A DNA stretch of 63,967 nucleotides, filler included, from Stramenopiles sp. TOSAG23-6 (taxonomy: Eukaryota): the NCBI GenBank assembly GCA_900128565.1. It is 3 parts of 3 records of this genome, joined end to end, with 100 filler letters (N's around TTAATTAATTAA, not from the genome) between each part and the next. Parts side by side here need not be neighbours in the genome. Positions count along the whole stretch, not along the records: positions 1 to 24,914 come from LT636000.1; 2 more parts are not named here. One strand, written 5' to 3'. Of this stretch, positions 11,156 to 23,106 are shown one piece after another. The notes beneath the pieces were generated by a model. It saw nothing but the letters and a program-made list of their open reading frames with translations, was not told where the DNA came from and made no database searches. Position numbers and translations under genes: made by a program. Each line of letters opens with the position of its first letter. Position 1 is the stretch's first letter.

Positions 11156-12599
11156 GTGAAACCTGGAGGTTCTCCAACAAGAGATCACGCCTTGCATATA
11201 TATAATTTTAGCCCTTTGACTACTTGTATAATGTTTACGATTGTGGCAATCTACTTGTTAAGTATTAATCCAGTTGTGTCTTTGATTCGAGTATTCTATC
11301 CAGAGCATATATATGGAGTAAATAGTGGCCGTTTTTTTGGATTATTTTGTTTTTTTCTTAGACATCCTCTCGCAGTTCAAGGGGAAGGGCCGAGTAATGG
11401 CGACGGACTTGCAGCATTAAACGCGTCAGAAACTCTAATTTATCCCATGACACCTCGAGAATTAGAGCTGGGTCCGAGTGATCATGATTACTGGTTAGAC
11501 AGTAAACCTAGATTTCGTGATATGTTCCATGATAAACTGTTCGTTCATCGTTTTTTTAAGTCGCATAATGCGAGCTGTCCAGTTCTAGTTGCGGAAGTTG
11601 AGGAACATAATATAAGAAAAATGTTTGTTGAATCATCTTCATTTCCTAAAAGAATGATTTGGAAACCTCGTTACTCAACGATGGGTTTAGGTGTGGAGCA
11701 TTTTTCTACTTGGAAAAACAAGCAAGCGACGAAATCTAACTCAAGTTGGGCTCCTTCTTCAGACCCTTACATTATTGAAGAAATGATACAATCAACCGAG
11801 TGGGATAAAGTATGTTTTATTTTTTTGAATTTCGAATTTTTTTTTTCGTACCAAATTTTGTACCTAACGATTTTTTTTTACGAAAAAAAAAATATTTTTT
11901 TACAATACATGCTGAATGGTATCGCTTAACAACACTTTTTTCTTATGATGAAGAAACACCAAAAAATGGTTATATTTGGCGTATGCGAAATTCAAAAAAT
12001 GATAACCGTGTTCAAACAGATATTCTTGGTGGAGTGTATTGTATCACTGAATGGCCTACATACGTTTTATTTTTTTTTTTACAAAAAAATCGAATTCTTT
12101 TTTCGTACGAAATTTTGTACCTAACAAATTTAATTTTTTTTTTTGAAATATTTTTCCACAATACACTTATGTAGGCCCAAGAGAGAAGGGTATGTCAGTT
12201 AATCCAAGAACTGGTGAGAAAAAGCCTTTATTACCAGCTGTACATATAGCCCTTAAAAAAGCTGTTGGCTTGGCCATTAAAATGCATCGTAATCTTGGGA
12301 AAGAAATATTCTCTGTTGGTTGGGATTTACTAATTCGTGGATCAGAGCCTGTCTTTATTGAATTCAATATCAATAATGGCGTATGTTTCAATTTCAATTT
12401 TTTTTTTTGAAATATTTTTTTCGTACGAAATTTTGTACCTAACAATTTTTTGTTTGAAATTTTTTTTTTCACAATACATTTTTTTGTTGCCGATCATACT
12501 ATTGAGGAGTGTGAAAGAATGATTTCCTTTTATGGTAAAGAATTTCATGCTAGAGTAAGATCTCAGTTAATTGACTTTGACCATATTAAACAAGAATGA
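11156..12599 (+). CDS. ATP-grasp domain protein (sugar-transfer-associated-like), spliced, start uncertain. Introns 11810-11910, 12060-12166, 12381-12479
   Basis: HDKLFVHRFF, WKPRYSTMGLGV, FSVGWDLLI...PVFIEFN ATP-grasp-like motifs; frame runs to TGA 12597-12599 after removing three inserts. Confidence 0.7.
12060..12166 (+). other. Family intron, AT-AC variant
   Basis: CCTAC|ATACGTTTT...CAATACAC|TTATGTA restores PT-YVGPR. Confidence 0.75.
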
Positions 12600-13037
12600 T
12601 TCATTGTGTATTCATTGTGAGTGATTTATTTAATGCATTTTGATCAGGGTAGGGTTAGGGTTTCAAAACATTTGAATAAAAAATAAATTTTTGTGCAATT
12701 TTTGTGATTGATCTGAGATCGATTTGAGATTTTGTTTTTTGAGCGTTTTTTTTTATAGAATCTGACAAAATTAATTGTATAATTCAATGCTAAATATAAA
12801 AATATTGCTATTGAAATGTATTTGATTTTGACTTATTCATTCTATAATTTACACAAAATGCATATTTTAGTTTTATTATTTAATATATATAGCCTTATTT
12901 TTGAAAGTACTGTGATTTTATTATTCTTCTTCAAAAGATTAAAAAAAAGAAAAATCAGAAGCATACGAAACTGAATCACTCTCTGAATACTCTAACGAAT
13001 CATTCTCTGGATTTTTATTATATCAATCAAATCTTAA

Positions 13038-13937
13038 TTAATAAAACATTCTCTGGATACTCTGGACATTCTCTGGATACTCTGGACATCCCATCTTTCT
13101 CAACCATTGCAATACTTTTATGTGACCCTTTAAAGCTGCATAGTCACACGTTTCTTCATCCCAAGGACAAGGTGGATTTTGACTTCTTACCCATTTCAAT
13201 ATTTTTAAGTGACCATTTTCAGCTGCCCCATGACATGTCCATTCATGCCAAGGACAAGGTGGATTTTGACTTCTTAACCATTTCAATACTTCTAAGTGAC
13301 CATACTCAGCTGCAAAACTACACGTATACTCACTCCATGGACTGGGTGGATTTTGACTTCTTAGCCATTTCAATACTTTTAAGCGACCATTTTTTGCTGC
13401 CACAAAACTTGTAGCTTCATCCCATGGACAAGGTGGATTTTGACTTCTTATCCATTTTAATACTTTTATGTGGCCCTTTTTGGCTGCATATTCACACGTT
13501 CGTTCATCCCACGGACAAGGTGGATTTTGACTTCTAACCCATTTTAATACTTTTAAGTGACCTTTTTTAGCTGCTATACGACAGATATCTCCATCCCACG
13601 GACAAGGTGGATTCTGACTTCTTACCCACTTCAATACTTTTAAGTGGTTCTTTCGAGCTGCTACACGACACGTACGTTCATTCCACGGACAAGGTGGTTT
13701 TTGGCTTCTTAACCATTTTAAAAATTCAAAGTCCCCGTGCTTCACTGTTTCAGTACACGTCACTTTACCCCAATCAACACCAACCAGCCAAGGTCTGTGC
13801 TTATCCTTTGATACAACTCTCCCTGAGAGTCTATCTTTCAAACAAAGATAGCTGGTGATTACAATAGCAGGACCTAACCCGCTAAACACCTTTTGAAGAA
13901 CCTCTTCTTCATGTTTCGTGCGTTTGTGTGCATTCAT
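13038..13937 (-). CDS. Ankyrin-repeat protein of the CPWDE.TC..AA..GHL.VLKW type
   Basis: About 7-8 tandem 28-aa (84-bp) repeats; start at ATG 13937 assumed. Confidence 0.85.
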   Translation of the reverse strand: MNAHKRTKHEEEVLQKVFSGLGPAIVITSYLCLKDRLSGRVVSKDKHRPWLVGVDWGKVTCTETVKHGDFEFLKWLRSQKPPCPWNERTCRVAARKNHLKVLKWVRSQNPPCPWDGDICRIAAKKGHLKVLKWVRSQNPPCPWDERTCEYAAKKGHIKVLKWIRSQNPPCPWDEATSFVAAKNGRLKVLKWLRSQNPPSPWSEYTCSFAAEYGHLEVLKWLRSQNPPCPWHEWTCHGAAENGHLKILKWVRSQNPPCPWDEETCDYAALKGHIKVLQWLRKMGCPEYPENVQSIQRMFY

Positions 13938-14194
13938 TTTACACTTTCTTTGTAGAAAAAAGCTAGAAAAAAGAAGACGTGTTCGCGCCACTTGAATTTT
14001 TTTTAATTTTAATGCTTGTTTGACTGACACGCGTCTGACACGTGGCAAATTTTCAGCATGTGTCTCATACTACCTGGTCCTGGTACTACAAACGATACTA
14101 TATATACGTATTACAGTAATTTTACTTCTTCCAATGACACTGCTATTGACCTATATGGGAATATACATGCATTATCTAGCCCCTTTTTAGTGAA

Positions 14195-17100
14195 ATGCTG
14201 CGGCAATATGTCAGGATTGTGCCACTATGTAAAAGGTATGGAATAGTAGGACAATCATCGGTGAGTAGTATAGTAAACGCCAAAACCCATGCCTTACGCA
14301 TTCTGCAAAAACGGTTGTTGCATACGGCAACAACACGGAGAGAAGCTACGAAGTTTTATAAAAATGATGGAAGACAGTTTCCTACTAGGCGTCAGCGTCG
14401 TAAGTCGCGTGTTCAAAATAAAGCACGGGAATTACGTCATCATTTAGCGAGTCAAGGCCAACTATCAAAAGTTGATGTATCAAAACACTTTAGAAACTCT
14501 AGAATTGGTTTAGGGAGTTGTGATACGAATAATAATAGCACCATATTACCATATATCAATTATGGAAGAAAGGGGGGAATACCACTAAAGCTTACATCTA
14601 ATCCTTCACATGCTATAAATCTAGATACAATGAAAATGTTACATCGAAATGAAAATGTTGACGTCTGTCTGTATAACATCATCCTTTCTTGTAGTTTTGT
14701 TCCAGAAGACACGCGAAAATTAATAGATCAAATGAAAAGGTATGGTATACAACCTGATATTATTACATATTCAATATATTTAAATCGTTTGTTGGTTTTT
14801 GCTGAATATGAGGAAATAAATAAAATGAGAACAGAAATGAAGAAACATGGAGTTGAAGACGATGAACGATTCTTGAAACTACTCAACATTAGAGATTCTA
14901 GAAATAATGGCTTAAGTCGTTTGAGGACTGCAACTCTACAGAAGTATATTGATCATTCTTGTGAAGATACTCTTGCTCAGGCACATAATCTTTTTAACAA
15001 ACTTTTTGAAACACGTGAAATTTGTCTATATCAATGCAATGTCATGTTGAAAGCTTGTATGTTTAAATTATATATTTCAAAATATATTTCAAAAAAAAAA
15101 ACATTTCATATGAAATCTTTTTTTGAAACTCTTTTTGATGTTTTTTTTCCTATTTTTTTCATCATAAAGTATACTATTTTTTTTCATAAAAAATAATATA
15201 TACCTAACAATTGTTTAGTAAAAAAAAAATATTCTTTTTTTTTTTTTTTTTTTTGTACTAAAATTTGTACCTAACAAAAAAATATATATATATTCTTTTT
15301 TATGATACATGTTTTTGTCCTGAGGATTCTCTTCAGTTATTATCGAGGATGAAACATGCGAAAATTATTCCAAACGAGTCAACGTACAAAACTATATTAA
15401 ATACTTTTGCAATTTCAGGTCGATGGGGTGATGTATATGTATGTTTTATTTAAAAAAAATTTTTTTTAACAAAAAAATCGAATTTATTTTTTTTTTTTAT
15501 AAAAATTTTGTACCTAACAAATTTTCAAAAAAAAATTGAAATATTTTTCCAAAATAAAAAAGTTAGAAAAATCATTCAACACTACGATAACAGAAAATGT
15601 TCCTTTTATTTCAACCATTAGTTTCATGAGAGCACAACAGATTAATTGGTTATATACATTAGGGGCATCAGGTCGGTGGTATGCGAAATGCTTATTACAT
15701 GACCTTATTGACTGTAATGAGGCAAATGGAAATTTGTTTGCTATTTTTATTGAAAATTGTACGTTTTACGGTTTTAGTATGAATTTCAAATTTATTTTTT
15801 TTTATTTTTTTTTTTTATAAAAATTTTGTACCTAACAAATTTCGAATTTAATTTTTTTGTACAATACATGTGGAACAGTTTATGAAGTGGATGAAATTAT
15901 TAAAATCATGAATTTAGAAGGAATACCTCATACCTTTCACTCTATGCATGCATATGTATCACAACTTCTACTGGAATGTCAATATAAAAAGGCACAAAAT
16001 GTGTATCACAATTTCCTACATACTACGAACCCTAACCCTAGCGATACATCGAAACCACCGAACCCTAACCCTAACTCAACTCACCTAACGTCAAATGATG
16101 AGTTATATGAAACCTACTTTAATAGTAAAGAAAAAACTGCTGAATCAAAAATTCCTCTTGAGTATATTCTTGGAGGTAATTATAGTAGTAAAAGTTCACA
16201 ATATAAGAGTGTATGTTTTATATGAATTTCTAATTTAATTTTTTTTTTTGTTTTTTTTTCGTAAAAAAATTTCGTACCTAACAAATTTTTTTAGATTTTT
16301 TTTGAAATATTTTTTCACAATACGCGCATTAAAAGTTATTAATGGATTACGTGAACGACGCTTACGCTCATTTTTGAATTCAAGTGATGTATTCCGACGT
16401 AATCAGGCAAAAGATTTAGCCCTAACCCTATTAGATACTAACCCTAACCCTAATTTATATGGTAAAACCCCTAACCCTAGTGGTAATATCCCTAACCCTA
16501 ATTTGTATGGTAAAACCCCTAACCCTAGTGATAATATCACTGACGCTTTGCAGTATGAAAAATTATCCAAGAGAATCGAAATTCTTTGTTATACAGTATT
16601 ACGTGTTACTGCGGACTGTCCAGAAATGACATATAATTTATATGTATGTTGTACTCATTGAAAACAAAAAATTTAAATTTTAAATTTTAAATTTAAAAAT
16701 TAACATTTTTTTTATATACAAAAATTTGTACCTAACAAACATTTTTGAAATTTTTTTTGAAATTTTTTTTCACAGTACAGAATAGAATATCAAATTGTAC
16801 TCCTACGTATCATAATCATCATACAATGACAATAAGTGACGCATATAAATCTTTATTATCTAAATCTAGATTATTTAGTGATTATTCGTATTTATCAAAA
16901 ATCAATTCGCTTCATGAATCAAGACATGATAACCCTAACCCTAATGTAAGATATGATAACCCTAACCCTAATTCTACAAAGAACTCAAGTTTACTTTCTC
17001 GACGACGTTTGCAGCTATCTTCACTTCTTAAAAGTAAAACAAATCTTGATGTAGGACATATTCCTCTTAATCAGCATTCTTATGAAGGTTTATGTAAAGC

Positions 17101-18210
17101 TAAATATTTAGTTAATTCCTTAACTCTCAATGGTGCAGCTCATGTATGTTTTATTTATTTTTTTTTTAAAACCAAAAAAAAAAAATTGAATTTTTTTTTT
17201 TTTTGGTAAAAAAATTTTGTACCTAACATTTTTTTTATAATTTTTTTTCAAATATTTTTCCAAAATACATGTCACCCACTATAATGTGTTATTATCAGCA
17301 GCACGAAATCCTAACGAATCTTTAGAAATATTTTCTAGAATGAAAAAGGCTTCTATTGAACCAGACTGTAGAACATATACAAATATAGCCAGAACATTTA
17401 TTATATCTGGTTGCCGAAACGAAGCATTTGATGTATGTTTCCATCAAAAAAAAGTTTTTTTTTCGTAGTTAATTTTGTACCTAACGATTTTGTACTAAAA
17501 AAAAAAAAAATATTTTTTCACATGACATGTTTTACAAAATATGTTTAAAAAAGACATTATATTCGATACACAATCCAAGGCTTTGTTAAACGATTTACAT
17601 GTAGGTAGTCAAAGTCTTTCATCTACTCGTACGCGTGTGCTGTCTCGCTTAGTTTCATGGGGTATGTTTTATTTTTTTTCAAATTCGAGTTTTTTTTTCG
17701 TACGAAATTTTGTACCTAACGAAGTTTTTTTGAAATATTTTTCCAAAATACGGGGTACAATACATTGAAAAGGGAACACCATTATTTGTATATAATGTAC
17801 GCAAACGTTATATTTCAGGACCTTTTATAGCCAGTTCAGGACCTATTAGAGCCACCTTAGATTCAAAACAACGTGTAATTGTATGTTCTCATTATGAATT
17901 TCAAATTTATTTTTTTTTTCATACGAAATTTTGTACCTAACAAACTTTTTATTTTTGTTTTTTCACAATAATACATGTAAAATGGGATGAATGTAATTGG
18001 TTTCCCCCAGTATATAAAGTAGTCGGATACAATGTGATTCAAACAGGAATTTTACGTTCGGAAGATTTTGAGGAGTTATTTCATCATATTTATCAACATA
18101 AAAGAAAGTTGAAGAAAAAAAAACGAAAGCATAAAAAACAAAAAAAGAGGAGTAAAAAACGAGCAAAATTTACATCTCTTGGCTCAACAACTTTCGCTTG
18201 GGGCAGATAA
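14195..18210 (+). CDS. PPR-like repeat protein with 9 family introns (15057-15310, 15439-15559/15562, 15759-15869, 16211-16325, 16644-16780, 17144-17270, 17433-17528, 17662-~17753, 17881-17976); ends at 17830 or 18210
   Basis: PPR-like MKRYGIQPDIITYSIYL, MKHAKIIPNESTYKTIL, MKKASIEPDCRTYTNI; exons join in frame (MLKAC-FCPE, AAH-VTHYNVLL, EAFD-VLQNM). Confidence 0.75.
16420..16528. repeat. Interstitial telomere-like (CCCTAA)n tracts inside a coding exon
   Basis: Several aaccctaaccct copies encoding NPNP; similar tracts at 256-327, 16028-16075 and 16931-16971. Confidence 0.8.
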
Positions 18211-18384
18211 CAAAAGTCCTCGCTGAACTGTATTTTAACAGAGGCACTTTTCAATTAAAATAAAATAAAATTGAATGTATAAAACGGTATAAAACGTGTT
18301 TCTTTCATTTTTCGATGTTTTATTATAAAAATTATACTGATAATAACTAATTCAGTTATACTACATCATTAGTTATCAATATTA

Positions 18385-21300
18385 TTATCGAATTGTTTGT
18401 TTTTTTAATGCCTCTTTATATTGGAACTCGCGTGCATTCAGTGCTGGAGCTAATGTACGTACAAACGTGGTTGACGTTGAACCCAATTTTCTTTTTGATT
18501 TTTTATCTTTTACTTCAGAATCGGCTGAATTTGGATTCTTCTTGAAGGTGTTATTTACTGCAATTGTTGTTCCAAACTTTCTTTTTGATGGAAGAAGAGG
18601 TTCTGATATTTTGTTGTTGACTAATTTTTTGGTACGATTTTTTTCTCTACGACGATGAAGCATAGCTTCCCGGACTGAGATCTTTGATTTATCTTTATCT
18701 TTGGTTTGAACAGAAGCTTCACTATTCTTTACGCAAATATTGACATCATCAGTTTTTAAATTTTCGATTTCATTTACTTTCATACTTTCTTTTTCTTTTG
18801 CAAGTATATTTTCTAGACGGTGAATCAAATCATCTCTTCTACCACTGACAGTTCCACCTTTTTCTCGAAGTGCATCTTTCAACTTTGCACATGTATTGTA
18901 AAAAAAATTAAATTCGAAATTGGTTAGGTACAAATTTTCGTACGAAAAATAAATAAATTTGAAATTCATCATGAAAACGTACATGTCACAGATTTATCAG
19001 ATTTATCAATACTTCCATCAGATAACCTTTTCAGATTTTGAATCCATTCATTAATACCATTACCATCTTTCGTAGAAGGTATAGCTACGTGATTTCTAGT
19101 TTGATTATTATCGGAAAGAGATGATGTTCCTAATGAACTATGAAAATTTGATAGACCTTTTCTTTTTAAGCGACTTGCTAGATCGAGTGAGGTGTCGATA
19201 TCAACATCCGATGAAGAAGAAAAGTCATCAGTGACATTTGCAGTGCTACCATATGCACCATGTGAACTTCTTGTGCCCGCGCTTCCTCTTCTTCGTCTTC
19301 GAACTTTACCACCATCAAAGTCGCTGTCATCGTCACAAGCATCATCACCCGTTTCAGGATCATATTCACTTACATCACCTTCTATCTCACTCCAATCCAT
19401 ATCAGAACCAGAGTCATCCTCCAATTCTGAAAATGAATTTCTCTTTTCTTTTTGATCAGATGAACGATTACGTACAGTAACTCTATTTGCGCGACCGAGA
19501 GAACCTGTAGATTTTGATGATAGCCTCGGTCTCTTACTAGGAATAGTGTCGTTTGATTGGCGGCGTTTTGATTGATTGGTTTTATCATCCTTATCAATAT
19601 TTTCTAGATCCGATGTCTTACGTTTGTGCCCTCGTTTTCTTTTTTGTCTTATTTTGTAAATATTACGCATTTTTCTCTGTAATATGAGCTTTGCTCTTTC
19701 CAATTTTCGTCTCTCGCGTTCGACGGCTCGTACTCGCGACGCTTCTTCTAGATCTGCACTTACTGCATTAACTTGAGCTGAAACTGCAGTTTGAAACAAA
19801 AACTTTAATGCTTGCTGAGTGTGACGTACAGTGCGACTCACTGGTCCCCAACGGGAAGACAACATCGCATTACTTTTGCGGTCATCGAGTTCTAGGATTT
19901 GAGATTGAAGACTAGTAATCTTTATCTGTAGACCTTCTTTAGCATCCCGCAATTTTTGCAAGCGTTCTGTAGCTTTTTTCTTTTCCTCCTGAGCTTGAGT
20001 AAACAATGCAGCTTCATCAAATTCAGAAGAAACATTATCTTTATTTGCATTAGTAAGATCTCGCGCTTTGCTCAATTCGATGCGGCGTTTGCCTAATGAT
20101 AATTCAGCACGCTGCAAAGCACCTTGTGCCGACGCTATTTGCAATGAAATTTCTTTGCGTCTTTCAGTCGCAGCATTTAGTCTTGGACGAAGTTGCTTTC
20201 CAGCAACTTCAGCAGATAGCATTTTGGATAAGTGTTCTTGTACGCCATTTGGTCCAGAAATATTAATTTTTCGTTTTGTATTTGCTTGTCTTTGTCGGGC
20301 TTGCTTTGCATTAACTTGCATTTCATGAACCTTTCGGAGACGTTTTCTCGTTGCTGCAGCTTCCGCGGTCTTTTGACGCAATGCTGCAGTATTCTTACTT
20401 TGTTGGCGTTCCAACTTTGCTACTTTGTGACTTTGCTCTCGACCTTGTTTTTGTAATTGTTTCAGCCGAGTTTCACGAGCCTTAGATTCTTCTCGATGAC
20501 GTCGAGCAATTTCTTTCTGTTTACGAATGAGTTGAACACGCTGACGTTTCAATGCTTCAATTTGCTCTCGTGATTTTAAGGCTGATGCTGCCTCTTTTTC
20601 TTTACGTCGTAATAATTTTTGTTGTGTCTCAGCTTTATTTTTTACTGTTGTTAACTTCTTTTCGAGAGCCGCTAGCTGTTGCTTGTAACGACAACGAAGT
20701 TGTTTTTGCTTAACTTCTTGTTTATCAGACAACTTTGTGAGTTTTTCATGTAATTTTTTTTTTTGTTCTGTCAAAGTTGATACATCTTTTTGTAGTGATT
20801 TCATAGACGCAACAAGCGCTGCTCGAGTACGTTTTTCTTCAGCAGTTTTTTTAGTTTTATTATCTAAAGTTTGTTTACCCTTTGATGTGTTGCTGATAAA
20901 ACCGGAATTGTTTGTTTTATTAATCTTTGCTGCTTCTTTTTGTTTTAGAGCAAGAGTTTCAGTGAGAACTTTCAACTGTTCAGCTATTGTTTTTTGTTCT
21001 TTTTCGTGTAATTCATTTGCTTTCCGACGTTCTTCGCGAGCATTTTCACTTTCTTCATTTTCATCGTATATAATATCTTCACATTCGCCATTTCCTTCGT
21101 TGCTTTTCATTTGGCCGATAGAATCTGGACCATTAAAATCTCCTCTATCAGAGCAAAATGATAACTTCCAACGAAGTAATTCGAGTTCGGCCTGCATTTC
21201 ATCGATTTGTGCGGCCGTTTTATTCGTTTTGAATGTACCATTATTTTGTAAAAGATGCTTCAGTTCTGTATTTTCACGTTTTGCATCAGATAAAAGTGAT

Positions 21301-22741
21301 GCTAGATTTTTATTTTCTTCTAAAGCTTGTGATAGAATATGTATTTTGGAAAAATATTTCACAAAAAAAAATCGTTAGGTACAAAATTTCGTACGAAAAA
21401 TAAATCCGAAATTGAAAAAAAATAAAACATACATAATCACTTTCATCAGACGTTGAAGATCCTGTGATTCCTTCTTTATTTCGTGCTCTTGTTTTCACTA
21501 ATAGCCGCTGTAAAGTTTGTACCTGTGTCCGTAGACGCATTACCTCTGCTGACTCAGCATCGCAGTTTTGAACTGTTTTATTTTGAATATTTCGGGCACG
21601 ATTAGCATATCGTAAACAATTAATCGTTTCATCAAAGTTACTGTCCGCAGGTGATATACATGCAATCATAAGGGTACGACTATTACCTCCGAGTGAGGAC
21701 TGTAAAAGTCTAGTGAGTTTAGAGTCTCTATACGGTACATGTATTTTGGGAAAATATGGTCACAAAAAAAAATCGTTAAATTTTCATAGCAAAAAAAAAG
21801 TAAATTTGAAATTGAAGTGAATGTTGAAAACAAACATGAACAGATTGGCGTTTCTTTTCATCACCAAGTACTGAAATAACATTGCCAAGTGCAAGAAGTC
21901 CTGAATTTATAGCAATTCCTTCATGGAGTCTTTTACCCTCGGCCCCAGTGCGTTTAGAACGTTCACTCCCAGCAAGATCGACAAGCCGTAATGTAGATCT
22001 GCGATAACCAGTATCTCCACTACTATTACTTTCAGTAGTAGCAGCACATTCAATAGTGATATTGAATACGGAATGACTACGAGAAGACTGTGCATTCATT
22101 TTAGTTCCACCTGTGGCTCTTGCCGTCGCTCCTTGACGAAGGCACGCAGCCATGTCTTGAAGTGTTGCAACTTTTTCTTCATGCAGACCTGCCACAAAAA
22201 CAGTTCCAGTGGCGTCTTCTCGAAGTGCTAAAGAATCCCCGGTTGATTTAAGTAAATCGCGTACTTCATCTCTATATAGTTCTAAGTAAGAGCATGTCAT
22301 TGTTATCAAAGGTGGTGATGATTCATCTTGTTTAGCGTTTTCCTCAGCAGCTCGAGAGTATAGATATTCCATAACTCGAGGAATTACTCCAGCATCTTTA
22401 CCCAAGGTTGCAGAATCATTTCTACCAGAAGATTCAAATGAAGTTCCCATTGTATGCGTTTTACCGGAACCAGTTTGACCATATGCAAATACAGTGGCAT
22501 TGAAACCATCGAAGCAACCTGCGAGAATGGGTTTTACACATTGATCAAACACAGTTGCTTGGGTAGACGTTTCAGGTAGTAACACATGGTCGAAAGTAAA
22601 CTTTTTTTTAGCGCCCAGTAACAGAGCTGGTTCATTTGGAACTCCCTCTACACACAATTGTGCCCCTTCGGTGAGCTCATGTTCAAGAAGCGGGCGCACG
22701 CGCACAGCTACACGAACAGAAGCTTGATCCGACATTGTCAT
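18385..22741 (-). CDS. Kinesin-4 family motor (KIF4/KIF21/KIF27-like) with coiled coil and C-terminal SAP domain. Introns 21739-21835, 21339-21432, 18891-18982
   Basis: [38 protein letters not shown] restored across the intron; SAP-like [27 protein letters not shown]. Confidence 0.9.
21739..21835 (-). other. Family intron, GT-AT, in the kinesin HVPYRDS motif
   Basis: CAT|GTTTGTTTT...CCAAAATACAT|GTACCGTATAGAGAC. Confidence 0.85.
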
Positions 22742-23106
22742 GTTTGAAGATATTTTCTTTTTGAAAGAAAAGAGAGATCTCTCTGGACCTTGGCGCCAAA
22801 GTTGCGTTTGGAATTTCCCGCTGAAAGCAAAAACACGAAATAAACTTATATATTATATCCGCGAATCGAATAATATGATAGCAAAATTTTGTTTGTGTGT
22901 CTTTTGACCAGTCAATTATACCAAAGAGAGGAAGAAACACTGTCTCGCCACTAAAACAGAGATAGTCTTACTCTTGTTGAACATTTTCGCTTTTGAATAA
23001 TCTAATAACTTAATTGGTTTGGTATTCATTGATTACTTTTCAGGATTTATACCGATCTGGGTGTACTACTTCAAATCCAAAAAGTTTCTCGTTACCTAGC
23101 CTTGGT

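Noticed and set aside
11812-12548. Recurring ORF-track peptides [30 protein letters not shown] suggesting a repeated protein domain
   Set aside because: They are translations of the intron family in different frames and strands.
14195-18210. Pseudogenes, stop-codon reassignment or frameshifting as the cause of fragmented ORFs
   Set aside because: Breaks coincide with the homologous inserts, exons are intact, and long intronless genes read normally with the standard code.
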